Assembly: GCA_038912545.1 (NCBI GenBank)
Contig: JBCLFD010000001.1
Coordinates: forward strand, 18,956 to 82,955
Length of the DNA stretch: 64,000 bases
From: Minisyncoccia bacterium
GTDB lineage: Bacteria; Patescibacteriota; Minisyncoccia; Phycocordibacterales; Phycocordibacteraceae
Direction of reading: 5' to 3'
Positions within the stretch are counted from its first letter, which is position 1. Each line of letters opens with the position of its first letter. The notes under the pieces are model-generated. The model searched no databases and was not told where the DNA came from. It saw nothing but the letters and a program-made list of their open reading frames with translations. This document shows positions 1-9,302 of the stretch, in pieces. A program made the translations under genes and the position numbers.

Positions 1-1
1 C

Positions 2-1120
2 GACGAGCTCTCCTCGTTCAAACCTCACCACATCGAGTGGAAAGAGGTGAAAGACGAGAAAGACCTCGACGGCGTTCCGGAGAAGTTCGTCAAGAAAGTC
101 GGCAAGGCGACGCACTACGTCGTGAAAGTGCCGAACGTCTACGACGGCTTAGCCTCTGGCGACACCGTTGCCATGGTGCTCGGCGGCTCGGGCGATTGCT
201 TGGCATACGCCCTTGCCAATCGTGGCGAAGAGCTCGGCGCGCGGGTTCTGCGTCTGCCGCCCTTCGTGCTTTCGAAAAAACGCGATGAGCGGCGTGCGGT
301 GCTTAGCGTAAAGGGGGAAGAGTCGAAAAAGAAAGACGACGACGCCACCTTGCTCGCTGAGCTCGCCTCCGGTCAGCCCCATCTGTTTTACACGGTGGAG
401 CAGGCCGACCGCGATCTTATCTGGCTTCGCGAGTGCCTTCGGGCACGGACGGACGCCATGAAGGCGCGCATCGCCTGCGAGCAACGGCTCCGCCAGCGGG
501 TTATCGGCTCGGTGTTCTGCACCGAAGCCGGAAAATTTCCCGCCGGCGGCATCGAGAAGTTTTTCGACGAGAAGAAAGCAAGCGATGTGATTCTCGTGGC
601 GCTCGAAAAAGAAGAAGCATCTGCCGAACGCTCACTTGCGAAGGCGACCGAAAAACTCGCCATCTACAGCGAAGTACTCGGCAAGGTCGAAGGCTGTGGA
701 GTGATGATTGCCTCGCGCATCATCGCCTCGGTCATCGACATCCGGCGTTTCGAAACGGATGCGAAGCTGAAGGCCTTCATGGGCGCCCACGTGCAGGAAG
801 ATGGCCGTTTCCCGCGCAAGCGCACAGGGACTGTCGCCAACTGGCACAACGACGCGCGGCAGGCGCTCTATCTCATCGGAGATCAGTTCAACAAGCGCCC
901 GAATTCGTACTGGGGAAAATACCAGCGTGCGATGAAGGCAAACTTGCGTGGCCGCCATCCGGAAGTGGTCGTCGAGAACGGCAAGAAACGTTACACCGAC
1001 GCGCACATCCTCAAAATGGCCAGCTGGCGGACGCTTACGCGTTTCATCGAATGGCTTTTCAAAGAGTGGTGGGCGCTGGAGCGGGCGCGTTCCGCGATTC
1101 CGCTTCGCAAGGCGGCGTAA
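2..1120 (+). CDS. IS110-family transposase (5'-partial; the frame is open to the window start)
   Basis: C-terminal region CGVMIASRIIASVIDIRRFETDAKLKAFMGAHVQEDGRF...RQALYLIGDQF matches the IS110/Piv transposase_20 domain pattern. There is no stop between base 2 and the listed Met at 47. Confidence 0.7.
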   Translation, partial: DELSSFKPHHIEWKEVKDEKDLDGVPEKFVKKVGKATHYVVKVPNVYDGLASGDTVAMVLGGSGDCLAYALANRGEELGARVLRLPPFVLSKKRDERRAVLSVKGEESKKKDDDATLLAELASGQPHLFYTVEQADRDLIWLRECLRARTDAMKARIACEQRLRQRVIGSVFCTEAGKFPAGGIEKFFDEKKASDVILVALEKEEASAERSLAKATEKLAIYSEVLGKVEGCGVMIASRIIASVIDIRRFETDAKLKAFMGAHVQEDGRFPRKRTGTVANWHNDARQALYLIGDQFNKRPNSYWGKYQRAMKANLRGRHPEVVVENGKKRYTDAHILKMASWRTLTRFIEWLFKEWWALERARSAIPLRKAA

Positions 1121-1254
1121 GGAAATAGGTTTGGAGCGGGACGATGCCGCAATTGCTTGCAAAAAGCGATCTCTCTACTGTCCCGCCCCACCTTTTTAAT
1201 TAACAGACGATACTGGCGCTGTTACCTCAACGAAAAGTTCTTTGTCTGTTAATT

Positions 1255-1287
1255 GCCCCGCTAGCGATAGCGGGGTTTATTTTTGTA
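1255..1287 (+). terminator. Rho-independent terminator-like hairpin (CCCCGCTAGCGATAGCGGGG + TTTATTTTT)
   Basis: GC stem with a GCGA loop followed by a T-run, downstream of the transposase gene. Confidence 0.45.
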
Positions 1288-1310
1288 ATGTTATAGTTAT
1301 TTCCAATAAC

Positions 1311-2462
1311 ATGCGTACCGTTCGCGATATACGAGTGCTTGAGAATATTCCCGTATTGGTGCGCACGGCATTGAACGTGCCGGTAGAGAATGCGGGCGTC
1401 ATAAATGATTATCGTCTGCGCCGTGCCGTACCGACCATTCAATTTCTTGCGAATAAGGGTGCGCGCGTGGTGCTTATAAGCCACATCGGCGAGCGTGGCA
1501 CCGAGACGCTTGCTCCAGTTGTTGAAGTGCTCAAACGACTCGTGCCAAATGTGTCCTTCTGTCCTGAAACGGTCGGTGAAGGTGCACGCAAAGCGGTGCG
1601 CGAACTGGCACCAGGTTCTATCCTCGTCCTAGAAAATCTCCGGCGACACGCGGGGGAACGAGCAAATGATTCTGCCTTCGCGCGCGAACTCGCCGAGCTC
1701 GCCGACGTATTTGTTCAAGATTCTTTCGATACGTGCCACCGTTCTCACGCATCAATCATCGGCGTCCCTCAATTGCTCCCCTCATATGCTGGCTTTCTGC
1801 TTGAAGAAGAAGTCACCGCGCTCCAAGGAGCTCTCACTCCGCCCACGCCGTCGCTCGCGATTATCGGCGGAGCGAAATCTAGTACGAAAGAAGTCCTGCT
1901 CGCACAACTCATTACGATTTATACGCATGTATTCGTGGGTGGTGCGCTCGCGCATGATTTTTTAAAAGCAGATGGTCAAGAAGTGGGGAAGTCCCTTGTC
2001 TCCAGCACCGACTTTTCACCGCTTACGGCACTTCTTAAGAACAAGAAGCTCATACTCCCTATTGATTCAATAGTCATCCCCGCATCTGCGGAAGGCAAGG
2101 CGGATGCCCGCGGACAGGCGCGCGTGCGCGGACAAGGCGAAGTACAGCCGGACGAAATCATTTTGGACCACGGTCCCGCCACGCGCGCTCTGCTCGTCGA
2201 CTTTGTGAAGAAGTCAAAAGGCATTCTCTGGAACGGCCCGTTAGGGAATTATGAAAATGGATTCATTGATGCGACTGATGCGCTCGCGCGCGCCATCAGT
2301 GTGTCTGGCGCGCATTCGGTCGTCGGCGGGGGCGATACAGTCGCCTCAATTCAGAACCTCGGTCTTCTCTCGCACTTCTCTTTCGTCTCCACGGGCGGGG
2401 GTGCAATGCTTGAATTTCTCGCCAAAGGATCCCTCCCCGGCATTGAAGCATTAGGAAACTGA
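1311..2462 (+). CDS. pgk: phosphoglycerate kinase
   Basis: PGK-like throughout (VLISHIGERG, GGGDTVA, STGGGAMLEFL). Start trimmed to MRTVRDI. Confidence 0.9.
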   Translation: MRTVRDIRVLENIPVLVRTALNVPVENAGVINDYRLRRAVPTIQFLANKGARVVLISHIGERGTETLAPVVEVLKRLVPNVSFCPETVGEGARKAVRELAPGSILVLENLRRHAGERANDSAFARELAELADVFVQDSFDTCHRSHASIIGVPQLLPSYAGFLLEEEVTALQGALTPPTPSLAIIGGAKSSTKEVLLAQLITIYTHVFVGGALAHDFLKADGQEVGKSLVSSTDFSPLTALLKNKKLILPIDSIVIPASAEGKADARGQARVRGQGEVQPDEIILDHGPATRALLVDFVKKSKGILWNGPLGNYENGFIDATDALARAISVSGAHSVVGGGDTVASIQNLGLLSHFSFVSTGGGAMLEFLAKGSLPGIEALGN

Positions 2463-2780
2463 TGTGTCGTTGAACTTCCTTGGAATGAGATGCATATGCA
2501 CGTGCGGGACATCTTTCCCTACAATGGAGAGTTGTACGTAATCGGCATTCATTTTTTCCTTCAATTCCGCTGCGAGTTTTCGTGCGACTTTAAAAAGATC
2601 GTTCGCAACATCGTCAGGCAATTCCCAGAACCACGTATAGTGTGCCGCTGGAACCACAAGTGTATGGCCCGGCCACACCGGATGATAATCGGGAAACGAA
2701 ACAATCTTGTCGTCCTCGTGATGCGCTTTTTCACTTGGAACTTCACCCGCAATTATCTTGCAAAAGATGCATTCTTTCAT
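2451..2780 (-). CDS. HIT-family (histidine triad) hydrolase
   Basis: MKECIFCKII...HVHMHLIP histidine-triad motif. Start trimmed from the long ORF to MKECIFCK. Confidence 0.8.
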   Translation of the reverse strand: MKECIFCKIIAGEVPSEKAHHEDDKIVSFPDYHPVWPGHTLVVPAAHYTWFWELPDDVANDLFKVARKLAAELKEKMNADYVQLSIVGKDVPHVHMHLIPRKFNDTSVS

Positions 2781-2806
2781 TACTAAACAGTATACAATGG
2801 CGTGAC

Positions 2807-4531
2807 ATGTTTCCGTTACACGACTCACTTGATGAAAAGATACGAAAAGAACTGGGCGCATATGACGATCTGACTGCCGCATTACTGTCGCGGCGCGGAG
2901 TGGTGACGAAAGCAGATGCGCAAATGTATTTACAACCGTCATACGATTTGCATCTGCACGATCCACTTATGATGACGGACATGCCGAAAGCCGCCGAGCG
3001 GCTTTCCCGTGCAATTCTTTCAGGAGAAAAAATTGCGGTGTGGAGCGACTACGACTGCGACGGCATTCCGGGCGCGGTCCTGCTCCACGATTTTTTGAAA
3101 AAAGTCGGTGCACAATTTGAAAATTATATTCCGCATCGACACTTAGAAGGGTACGGAATGAATGTGGCCGGCGTGGAGAAGCTGGCAAAAAATGGCGTCA
3201 CATTAATTGTGACGGTTGACTCGGGCATTACCGATGTCGCGCCAGTGACTCGTGCGAATGAGCTTGGTATAGAAGTCATCGTCACTGACCATCACTTGCC
3301 AGGTGAAACATTGCCACCCGCATACGCCGTGGTGAATCCAAATGCTCGCCCCGATGAAAAATATTTGTACAAAAGTTTGTGCGGTTCGGGCGTCGCATGG
3401 AAGCTCGTCTGCGCCGTGCTCGCTACCAATCCGATAGTGCGTGAACGGGTTCCTGTCGGCTGGGAGAAATGGTTGCTGGACATGGTCGGGCTCGCGACTA
3501 TTGCGGACATGGTGCCTCTCACTGGCGAAAACCGTTTACTTGCTACGTATGGACTGCTCGTTATGCGAAAGTCACCGCGGCTCGGTCTACAGAAACTCTG
3601 TCGCGGAGCGCGCGTTGAACAACGAAACATATCAGAAGACGACGTTGGCTTTATGATTGCACCTCGGGTGAATGCTGCGAGCCGTATGGGGGATGCGCGC
3701 GACGTCTTCACGCTCTTCACGACTACCAATGAATCAGAGGCCGACGAGCTTGTTAAAAAATTAGAGAAAGCGAACAGAGAGAGAAAAGCATCTGCTGGTG
3801 CTATCACGCGCGCCGTGCATACGCGAATCAGGGAGAATGGCGCCGTTGCCGATATCATCGTACTCGGCGACCCCGAGTGGCGACCTGGACTGCTCGGCCT
3901 CGTCGCGAACACGATTGCCGAGGAATATGAGCGTCCTGTTTTTCTCTGGGGACGTGAAGGGAATATGAGCATAAAGGGGTCGGTGCGGAGCGGAGAAGTG
4001 CATGCGCTCCACCTTATGCGTTCGGCCGGTGATGTGTTTGTTGAATTCGGCGGACATGCCGCGGCGGGCGGTTTCACTGTGCGTGATGGCGCAGTTTTCT
4101 CTCTAGAAGAGCGCCTGATGAAAGCGCACGCAGAACTTCGCGCGAGGGTGGCAGACGAGGACCCGCTCGTCGCGCGTGCGGATGCGGAACTCAATCTTGA
4201 AGAAATTTCTCCATCGTTCTTTGAGAAGGTCTCTCTGCTCGCCCCCTTCGGCATGGAGAACCCAAAACCTTTGTTTCTGCTCCGCAACGTTGTTGTGAAC
4301 AATATTTCCACATTCGGAAAAGCGAATGAACATCTTAAATTGAATATTGGAACCGAAACGGGCAATCGGTCATTTGACGCCGTGACTTTTTTTGCAAAAG
4401 GAAACATTGCGCGTGTAGCAAAAATGCTGACCCGTGGAGGTCACGCGCATCTGCTCGCACACATAGAACGCGATTCTTTTTCCCGCGCACATCCGATTCG
4501 CCTGCGACTGATTGATATCCGCGCGGTATAA
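2807..4531 (+). CDS. recJ: single-stranded-DNA-specific exonuclease RecJ
   Basis: DHH/DHHA1 motifs (DYDCDG, VTVDSGITD, VTDHH). Start trimmed to MFPLHDSLDEK. Confidence 0.85.
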   Translation: MFPLHDSLDEKIRKELGAYDDLTAALLSRRGVVTKADAQMYLQPSYDLHLHDPLMMTDMPKAAERLSRAILSGEKIAVWSDYDCDGIPGAVLLHDFLKKVGAQFENYIPHRHLEGYGMNVAGVEKLAKNGVTLIVTVDSGITDVAPVTRANELGIEVIVTDHHLPGETLPPAYAVVNPNARPDEKYLYKSLCGSGVAWKLVCAVLATNPIVRERVPVGWEKWLLDMVGLATIADMVPLTGENRLLATYGLLVMRKSPRLGLQKLCRGARVEQRNISEDDVGFMIAPRVNAASRMGDARDVFTLFTTTNESEADELVKKLEKANRERKASAGAITRAVHTRIRENGAVADIIVLGDPEWRPGLLGLVANTIAEEYERPVFLWGREGNMSIKGSVRSGEVHALHLMRSAGDVFVEFGGHAAAGGFTVRDGAVFSLEERLMKAHAELRARVADEDPLVARADAELNLEEISPSFFEKVSLLAPFGMENPKPLFLLRNVVVNNISTFGKANEHLKLNIGTETGNRSFDAVTFFAKGNIARVAKMLTRGGHAHLLAHIERDSFSRAHPIRLRLIDIRAV

Positions 4532-4539
4532 TTCACCCG

Positions 4540-4959
4540 ATGAAATTCACCATCCATGCCGACGGGGGAGCGAGGGGGAATCCGGGGCCCTCCGGAGCGG
4601 GTGCGATGATACGCGATGAGCTCGGCAATTCGGTCAGAGCGGTCTCTGCCTACCTCGGACATCGCACTAATAACTATGCTGAATATGAAGCGGTCATTCG
4701 CGCATTTGATGAATTGCTTAAACTGGTGCCGGCAGGCAAACGTAACAAAACAGAAGTCGCAGTAAAAATGGACAGTGAATTGGTCGTGAAGCAAATGCGT
4801 GGAGAATATAAAGTGAAGCATCCGGTCTTGAAAGAACAGTACGCGCGACTCGTACACAACATCGGTGCATTCGGCAAAGTCACGTTTATGCACGTCTTCC
4901 GCGAAGAAAACTCTGACGCCGACGCCCTCGCGAACGCCGCGATGGATAGGGGAGCATGA
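4540..4959 (+). CDS. rnhA: ribonuclease HI
   Basis: ADGGARGNPGPSG...NNYAEYEA...SDADALAN is the RNase H fold signature. Confidence 0.8.
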   Translation: MKFTIHADGGARGNPGPSGAGAMIRDELGNSVRAVSAYLGHRTNNYAEYEAVIRAFDELLKLVPAGKRNKTEVAVKMDSELVVKQMRGEYKVKHPVLKEQYARLVHNIGAFGKVTFMHVFREENSDADALANAAMDRGA

Positions 4960-6509
4960 TCGGACTTGTTGCTATCGTTACGGGTTTTGCGAGCGGGATA
5001 TTTTCCCGCTCGTTGCTTTTTGAGAGTTGGTGGCCGATATTTTTTGCGCTCTTGCTCGCGCTTATATTTTTTGTCGCAAGTTTTCTAACGACGCGCCGAG
5101 CGTACACGCTCGGCGCGTTGTTTTGTATGTGCCTCGTGCTCGGCGGATTGCGTGCTGGGCTCGCCGAGTCGCCGTTACCGAGCACCTTTCTCGCCGACCT
5201 GAAGCATCGCGTCACGTATGAGGCGCTCGTCGTGGGCGATCCTGACCTGCGCGATACGAATCAGCGTGTCGCACTCTTGGTTACGAAAGGAGATGCAAAA
5301 GTAAAAATGCTCGCGGTCGCGTCGCGCACGTCGGAAGTGAAGGTGGGAGACACGGTCAACGTCTCCGGCACGCTCTCGGTCCCCGAATCGTTTGCTGACG
5401 ACAATGGTCGTATTTTTCGTTACGACAAATATCTGGAGCGCGACGGCATTCGCTTTATGCTGAATTTCGCCTATCTGCGTGTCGTGCAGACGGCTCCACG
5501 ATATTCCATACCTGCTGTGCTTGCGCGAATAAAACATTCATTCCTTGACGGACTCCAAGCATCCTTGCCGGAGCCATACGCATCGCTTGCAGGAGGAGTC
5601 GTGATAGGAGGAAAGTCCGGTCTTGGAAATGAACTGAAAGATGCGTTCACGCGCTCGGGGCTCGTGCATATCGTCGTGCTCTCGGGCCACAACGTAATGA
5701 TTGTTGCGAGTTGGGCGATTGCATTCTTTATTTTCTTCTTCGCCCGAGCCGAAACTATCTTTAGAGTTCGCATCCCGCGCGGTGCAAGCATCGTAGCCGG
5801 AGCACTTGCGCTCATTCTCTTCGTCGGCATCGCGGGATTCTCGGCGACGGCAATCCGCGCGGCGCTCATGGCTCTCATCGCGCTCTATGCTCGGGCGACC
5901 GGCCGGACCTATGCGGCCGGTCGCGCGCTCCTTGTTGTTATTTTTCTTATGCTCCTTTGGAATCCCCTCTATCTCGTTTTTGACCCAGGATTCGGTCTCT
6001 CAGTTGTCGCCACTGCAGGGCTCATCTGGCTTGCGCCTATCATTGATACGTTTTTGCCGATGAGAAATGCTTTCTTGAAAAATATATTGGCAACAGCGCT
6101 CGCGGCGCAAGTCGCCGTTCTCCCTCTTCTTTTGTACTTCACTGGCAATCTCTCACTCGTCGCCATTCCCGCAAATATTGTTGCCGCGCTCGTGGTTCCG
6201 TTTGCCATGGCGTTTTCTTATCTCGCCGGCTTCGGCGGAATACTCTTCGGTTCGACTGCGCTCACCGCAGGCGGCTCCTCTACAGCGTTTCTCGCCATCA
6301 TTCTTGGCATGCCCGCGTATGGTGCGGCGACGGCCCTCATTGAGCTCGCACGAGCGAGCGCAGCGCTTCCATTCGCCGCTGTTATGCTCCCGCCCTTCCC
6401 ATTTTGGCTCGTACTTCTCGCGTATACGGCGCTTATTTATTTCGTTGCGTCGTCGTATCGTTTCTCAACGACTGACCAATTAAGGTTCGCGAAAAATGCA
6501 TCCACGTAA
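4956..6509 (+). CDS. comEC: competence protein ComEC/Rec2 (DUF4131 + Competence domain, no MBL domain)
   Basis: Polytopic membrane protein. LAGGVVIGGKSGLGNELKDAFTRSGLVHIVVLSGHNVMIV matches the ComEC core. Confidence 0.75.
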   Translation: MIGLVAIVTGFASGIFSRSLLFESWWPIFFALLLALIFFVASFLTTRRAYTLGALFCMCLVLGGLRAGLAESPLPSTFLADLKHRVTYEALVVGDPDLRDTNQRVALLVTKGDAKVKMLAVASRTSEVKVGDTVNVSGTLSVPESFADDNGRIFRYDKYLERDGIRFMLNFAYLRVVQTAPRYSIPAVLARIKHSFLDGLQASLPEPYASLAGGVVIGGKSGLGNELKDAFTRSGLVHIVVLSGHNVMIVASWAIAFFIFFFARAETIFRVRIPRGASIVAGALALILFVGIAGFSATAIRAALMALIALYARATGRTYAAGRALLVVIFLMLLWNPLYLVFDPGFGLSVVATAGLIWLAPIIDTFLPMRNAFLKNILATALAAQVAVLPLLLYFTGNLSLVAIPANIVAALVVPFAMAFSYLAGFGGILFGSTALTAGGSSTAFLAIILGMPAYGAATALIELARASAALPFAAVMLPPFPFWLVLLAYTALIYFVASSYRFSTTDQLRFAKNAST

Positions 6510-7039
6510 TTCTTTTTATCTGCCGGCACATAATCAACCATAAAGGCGTGCTCCCACATATCCAGTGCGAGAAGTATCGGGAGCCCGGCAAGCTGGCCGA
6601 TCTCATGATCACCCACGAACACAGTATGTAATGTCTTGCCCACGGCATCGTAGTACACGATGACCCAACCGATACCGCGCGTCCCCGCAACTTCTTTCAC
6701 ATGTCCTTCTAACCCCGCGTCGCCATATTTTTCTTTCGCCATTTTTGCCAGACCGCCTTCTGCTTTCTGCATACTGCCTACTGTTTCTAGCTGTTCAAAA
6801 TAATATTCATGCATGCGCATACCGTCAAACTCAAAAGCGAAACGCCGGCGCAATTCGGCGACGGGGTATGGGTCAAGTTCAAGCGTCCCTGCTCGCACGG
6901 CTCCGAGTTTTTCTGCAATTAGATTCGCATGCTTCACATAGCCCTCATAGAGACCGAGATGCACTTTGATTTGTTTTTCTGAAAGTCCCGTCAGTACGGG
7001 GAGGTTAAATGCTTTTGGTTGGTAGGTCATGGGACGCAT
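6437..7039 (-). CDS. Fe/Mn superoxide dismutase
   Basis: LALDMWEHAFMVDY (DxWEHAYY motif) plus N-terminal PYxLP...HLxxH-like region. Confidence 0.9.
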   Translation of the reverse strand: MRPMTYQPKAFNLPVLTGLSEKQIKVHLGLYEGYVKHANLIAEKLGAVRAGTLELDPYPVAELRRRFAFEFDGMRMHEYYFEQLETVGSMQKAEGGLAKMAKEKYGDAGLEGHVKEVAGTRGIGWVIVYYDAVGKTLHTVFVGDHEIGQLAGLPILLALDMWEHAFMVDYVPADKKNYVDAFFANLNWSVVEKRYDDATK

Positions 7040-7051
7040 TATACTAGAATT

Positions 7052-7642
7052 ATGATTCGCTCGCTCTCGCGAACTATTCTCGTCTTGGTCATTATCGGAT
7101 TGACTGCAATAAATGCGTTGGTGTGGCGCACCGCACTTGCACCGCGCGTTTTGACTGTGACGATATTTGAAACGGGGAAGGGGAAGGCCGTTCTCGCGAC
7201 AACTCCTTCTGGTCGTACGTTGCTAATTGATAACAATTCTGACGCGAGCATTCTGCGTTCTCTCGGTAGTACACTCCCGCCTTGGCGCCGCTCGCTTGAT
7301 GTCGTCATTCCCCTCAAAGTTGGCGCGGGTCTCTCTGAAGTCCAAAATCGCTATCACATCACACGTCTTATGCGCTCGCTCACTCGCGGACAACGCATCA
7401 ACTTTCACGACGGCACTTTCATAGATGTCCTGTGGCCCCCGAACAAAGTGGGCGAGGCTCCAGTATTCCTCTTGTCTTACGGCACCACCTCTTTCCTCAT
7501 CAAGCCGCTTATATCAGCGCGTACCGAAAAATATCTCGCTTCTATTTCTTCATCTCTCCCTTCGCCCTCTTTTGTTATCTCCTCCAGCACCCCTGCTGGC
7601 GTTTTCATCTCAAACGGCGTCACGGTCTCAACCAACAAATAA
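7052..7642 (+). CDS. ComEC-C-terminal-like MBL-fold protein (degenerate, HxHxDH motif absent)
   Basis: VTIFETGKGKAVLATTPSGRTLLIDNNSD resembles the ComEC lactamase_B segment, but the metal-binding His are missing. TM at the N-terminus. Confidence 0.4.
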   Translation: MIRSLSRTILVLVIIGLTAINALVWRTALAPRVLTVTIFETGKGKAVLATTPSGRTLLIDNNSDASILRSLGSTLPPWRRSLDVVIPLKVGAGLSEVQNRYHITRLMRSLTRGQRINFHDGTFIDVLWPPNKVGEAPVFLLSYGTTSFLIKPLISARTEKYLASISSSLPSPSFVISSSTPAGVFISNGVTVSTNK

Positions 7643-7751
7643 ACATATCCCAAATAATCCACGGTCGTAGCATTTATGGGATATATCTCGTGTACCTTAA
7701 TTCACGCTATAGCGTAAATTAAGGTTATGTGGAGTTTGATATAATGGTTTT

Positions 7752-8426
7752 ATGGGAATGGAAGGCGAAAAGATAAATTTGAATCGTAGGGAATTTCTTA
7801 AAGTTCTTGGTGCCACGGCCGTTACTGGGATGTTGCCTATAGAAGATGCTGGAGCCGTTGAAAAAAAGAAACCGATATCACCGAGCTTGAGAGGTTCACC
7901 TGAATCACAGAGGAGACAGAACGAGAAAGCCGACAAAGTGAACCTCTCTCGTATCAAGGATGATGCTCAACTGGAAAAGTTTAAGGAATTGAAATTGCTT
8001 GTTCCAATTCCGCAGAACGAGACAGTTCAGATTGATCCTCGACTAGCAGAAAAGTGGCGCTGGGTTCGTCCGTGGACAACAAAATTTCTCAAAGATATCG
8101 GGCGAGAATACTATAGCCAATTCAAAAAACCGATACAGGTAAATTCTGCGGTGCGAACAGTGGAGCGCCAGAACGAACTGCGGGGTACAAACAGAAATGC
8201 GGCGTCAACTGAAGGAGATAAAAAATCATCCCATCTGACTGGTGCGGCTATTGATATTGCGAAGATAGGAATGTCACCCACAGAGCTTGTGTGGATGCGT
8301 AATCGATTGCTCGCTCTTGAGAAACGCGCATTAATTGAAGCAACCGAGGAGAGAAGGCAGCTTGTTTTTCATATCATGGTGTTCAAAAACTACTCCCGTG
8401 TGGGGAGTGTTTCGAAAACTAAATAA
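7752..8426 (+). CDS. Tat-signal secreted peptidase M15-like / DUF5715-like protein
   Basis: RREFLK twin-arginine motif. SSHLTGAAIDIA fits the SxHxxGxAxD zinc D,D-peptidase motif. Confidence 0.5.
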   Translation: MGMEGEKINLNRREFLKVLGATAVTGMLPIEDAGAVEKKKPISPSLRGSPESQRRQNEKADKVNLSRIKDDAQLEKFKELKLLVPIPQNETVQIDPRLAEKWRWVRPWTTKFLKDIGREYYSQFKKPIQVNSAVRTVERQNELRGTNRNAASTEGDKKSSHLTGAAIDIAKIGMSPTELVWMRNRLLALEKRALIEATEERRQLVFHIMVFKNYSRVGSVSKTK

Positions 8427-8458
8427 CCCCGACTTTTGAGAGCGCGGCAAAGGCACCG

Positions 8459-8740
8459 TTAACGGCGTTTTTCCATCTCTTGGTACACGACAGAACGGTG
8501 AAGAATGGCGAAAATGAGAACTTTGCTAGATTGAATACGAAAAACAACTCGGTAGTCGCCGACACGGAGCTTGCGATATCCCTTCAGAGAACGGCGCAAT
8601 GGTCTGCCAAAGAAGTCAGGGCTCGTGGTGAGCTTTTCATCAATCGCGTCGCGAATCTTTTCTCGCCATGCTGGCGCGAGGTGGGGGATGTCGAACTTAA
8701 CGACGATGTCGCGATAAACAACTTCAAACATTAGCGCCAT
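8459..8740 (-). CDS. RelE/ParE-family type II toxin
   Basis: KLRVGDYRVVFRIQSSKVLIFAILHR matches RelE/StbE. It overlaps the upstream antitoxin gene by 10 nt. Confidence 0.75.
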   Translation of the reverse strand: MALMFEVVYRDIVVKFDIPHLAPAWREKIRDAIDEKLTTSPDFFGRPLRRSLKGYRKLRVGDYRVVFRIQSSKVLIFAILHRSVVYQEMEKRR

Positions 8741-8952
8741 GCCTCTTCGTGAGAAATGAATGTGGCGCCCTTCGTATCACGACTCATTGCAACGAAATTC
8801 AGCACTTCGTCCTCTTCAAGCTCAAGTGCCTTTATCAACAGGTGTTCGGCTTTCGTCGCTTGAGGCATCTGATCGCGTTTCGCGAGCCGTCCAAGCATAG
8901 TATCGAGCTCGCGAGAGACACTGATATTAATACGTTTCTTGGTAGTAGCCAT
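8731..8952 (-). CDS. RHH/RelB-type antitoxin
   Basis: 73 aa, ribbon-helix-helix-like N-terminus (RINISVSRELDTMLGRLA), immediately upstream of and overlapping the toxin. Confidence 0.65.
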   Translation of the reverse strand: MATTKKRINISVSRELDTMLGRLAKRDQMPQATKAEHLLIKALELEEDEVLNFVAMSRDTKGATFISHEEAWR

Positions 8953-8959
8953 ATACTAA

Positions 8960-9018
8960 AGTGTATCAGAAGTGTATCACCTGTGCAACTTCTTCCCTGT
9001 GGACACTAAGTGTCCACA
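8960..9018 (-). promoter_or_regulatory. putative TA operator: tandem direct repeats AGTGTATCA x2 (8960-8979) plus a perfect 10-bp inverted repeat TGTGGACACT-a-AGTGTCCACA (8998-9018)
   Basis: Repeats sit immediately 5' of the antitoxin start on the minus strand, typical of RHH autoregulation. The palindrome could alternatively terminate rpmB. Confidence 0.4.
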
Positions 9019-9021
9019 AAA

Positions 9022-9264
9022 TTAAATACGACCGGCTTTTTTGAGAGCAGCGAAGGCGCCGTTCTTTTTTATCGTTTTAAGGCCGTTCGCCGAGACGTCA
9101 ATGATAATCGTCTTGCCGAGCTCTGGCACATAGATGCGACGGCGCTGAAGATTCGCCTTACGACGCACCTTGCCGGTGGGGTTAAACTGCGTCGCACGAG
9201 TACGGTTAGAATACCGCCCGCCGACTTGCGTGCTCTTACCAGTTATTTCACAAGCGCGTGCCAT
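9022..9264 (-). CDS. rpmB: 50S ribosomal protein L28
   Basis: MARACEITGK...VSANGLKTI matches the L28 family. Confidence 0.85.
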   Translation of the reverse strand: MARACEITGKSTQVGGRYSNRTRATQFNPTGKVRRKANLQRRRIYVPELGKTIIIDVSANGLKTIKKNGAFAALKKAGRI

Positions 9265-9302
9265 AGTCGCAACATGGTAGCATGGGATTCAAAACGAGCA
9301 AA

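Noticed and set aside
3292-4407. 371-aa minus-strand ORF inside recJ (also 29241-29900 in polA, 45255-46097 in pilM, 11354-11815 in virB4, 12876-13394, 24108-24656, 36038-36648)
   Set aside because: These are Ser/Arg/Ala/Pro-rich antisense frames of confidently assigned genes, typical of GC-rich DNA. They have no family resemblance and no plausible start context.
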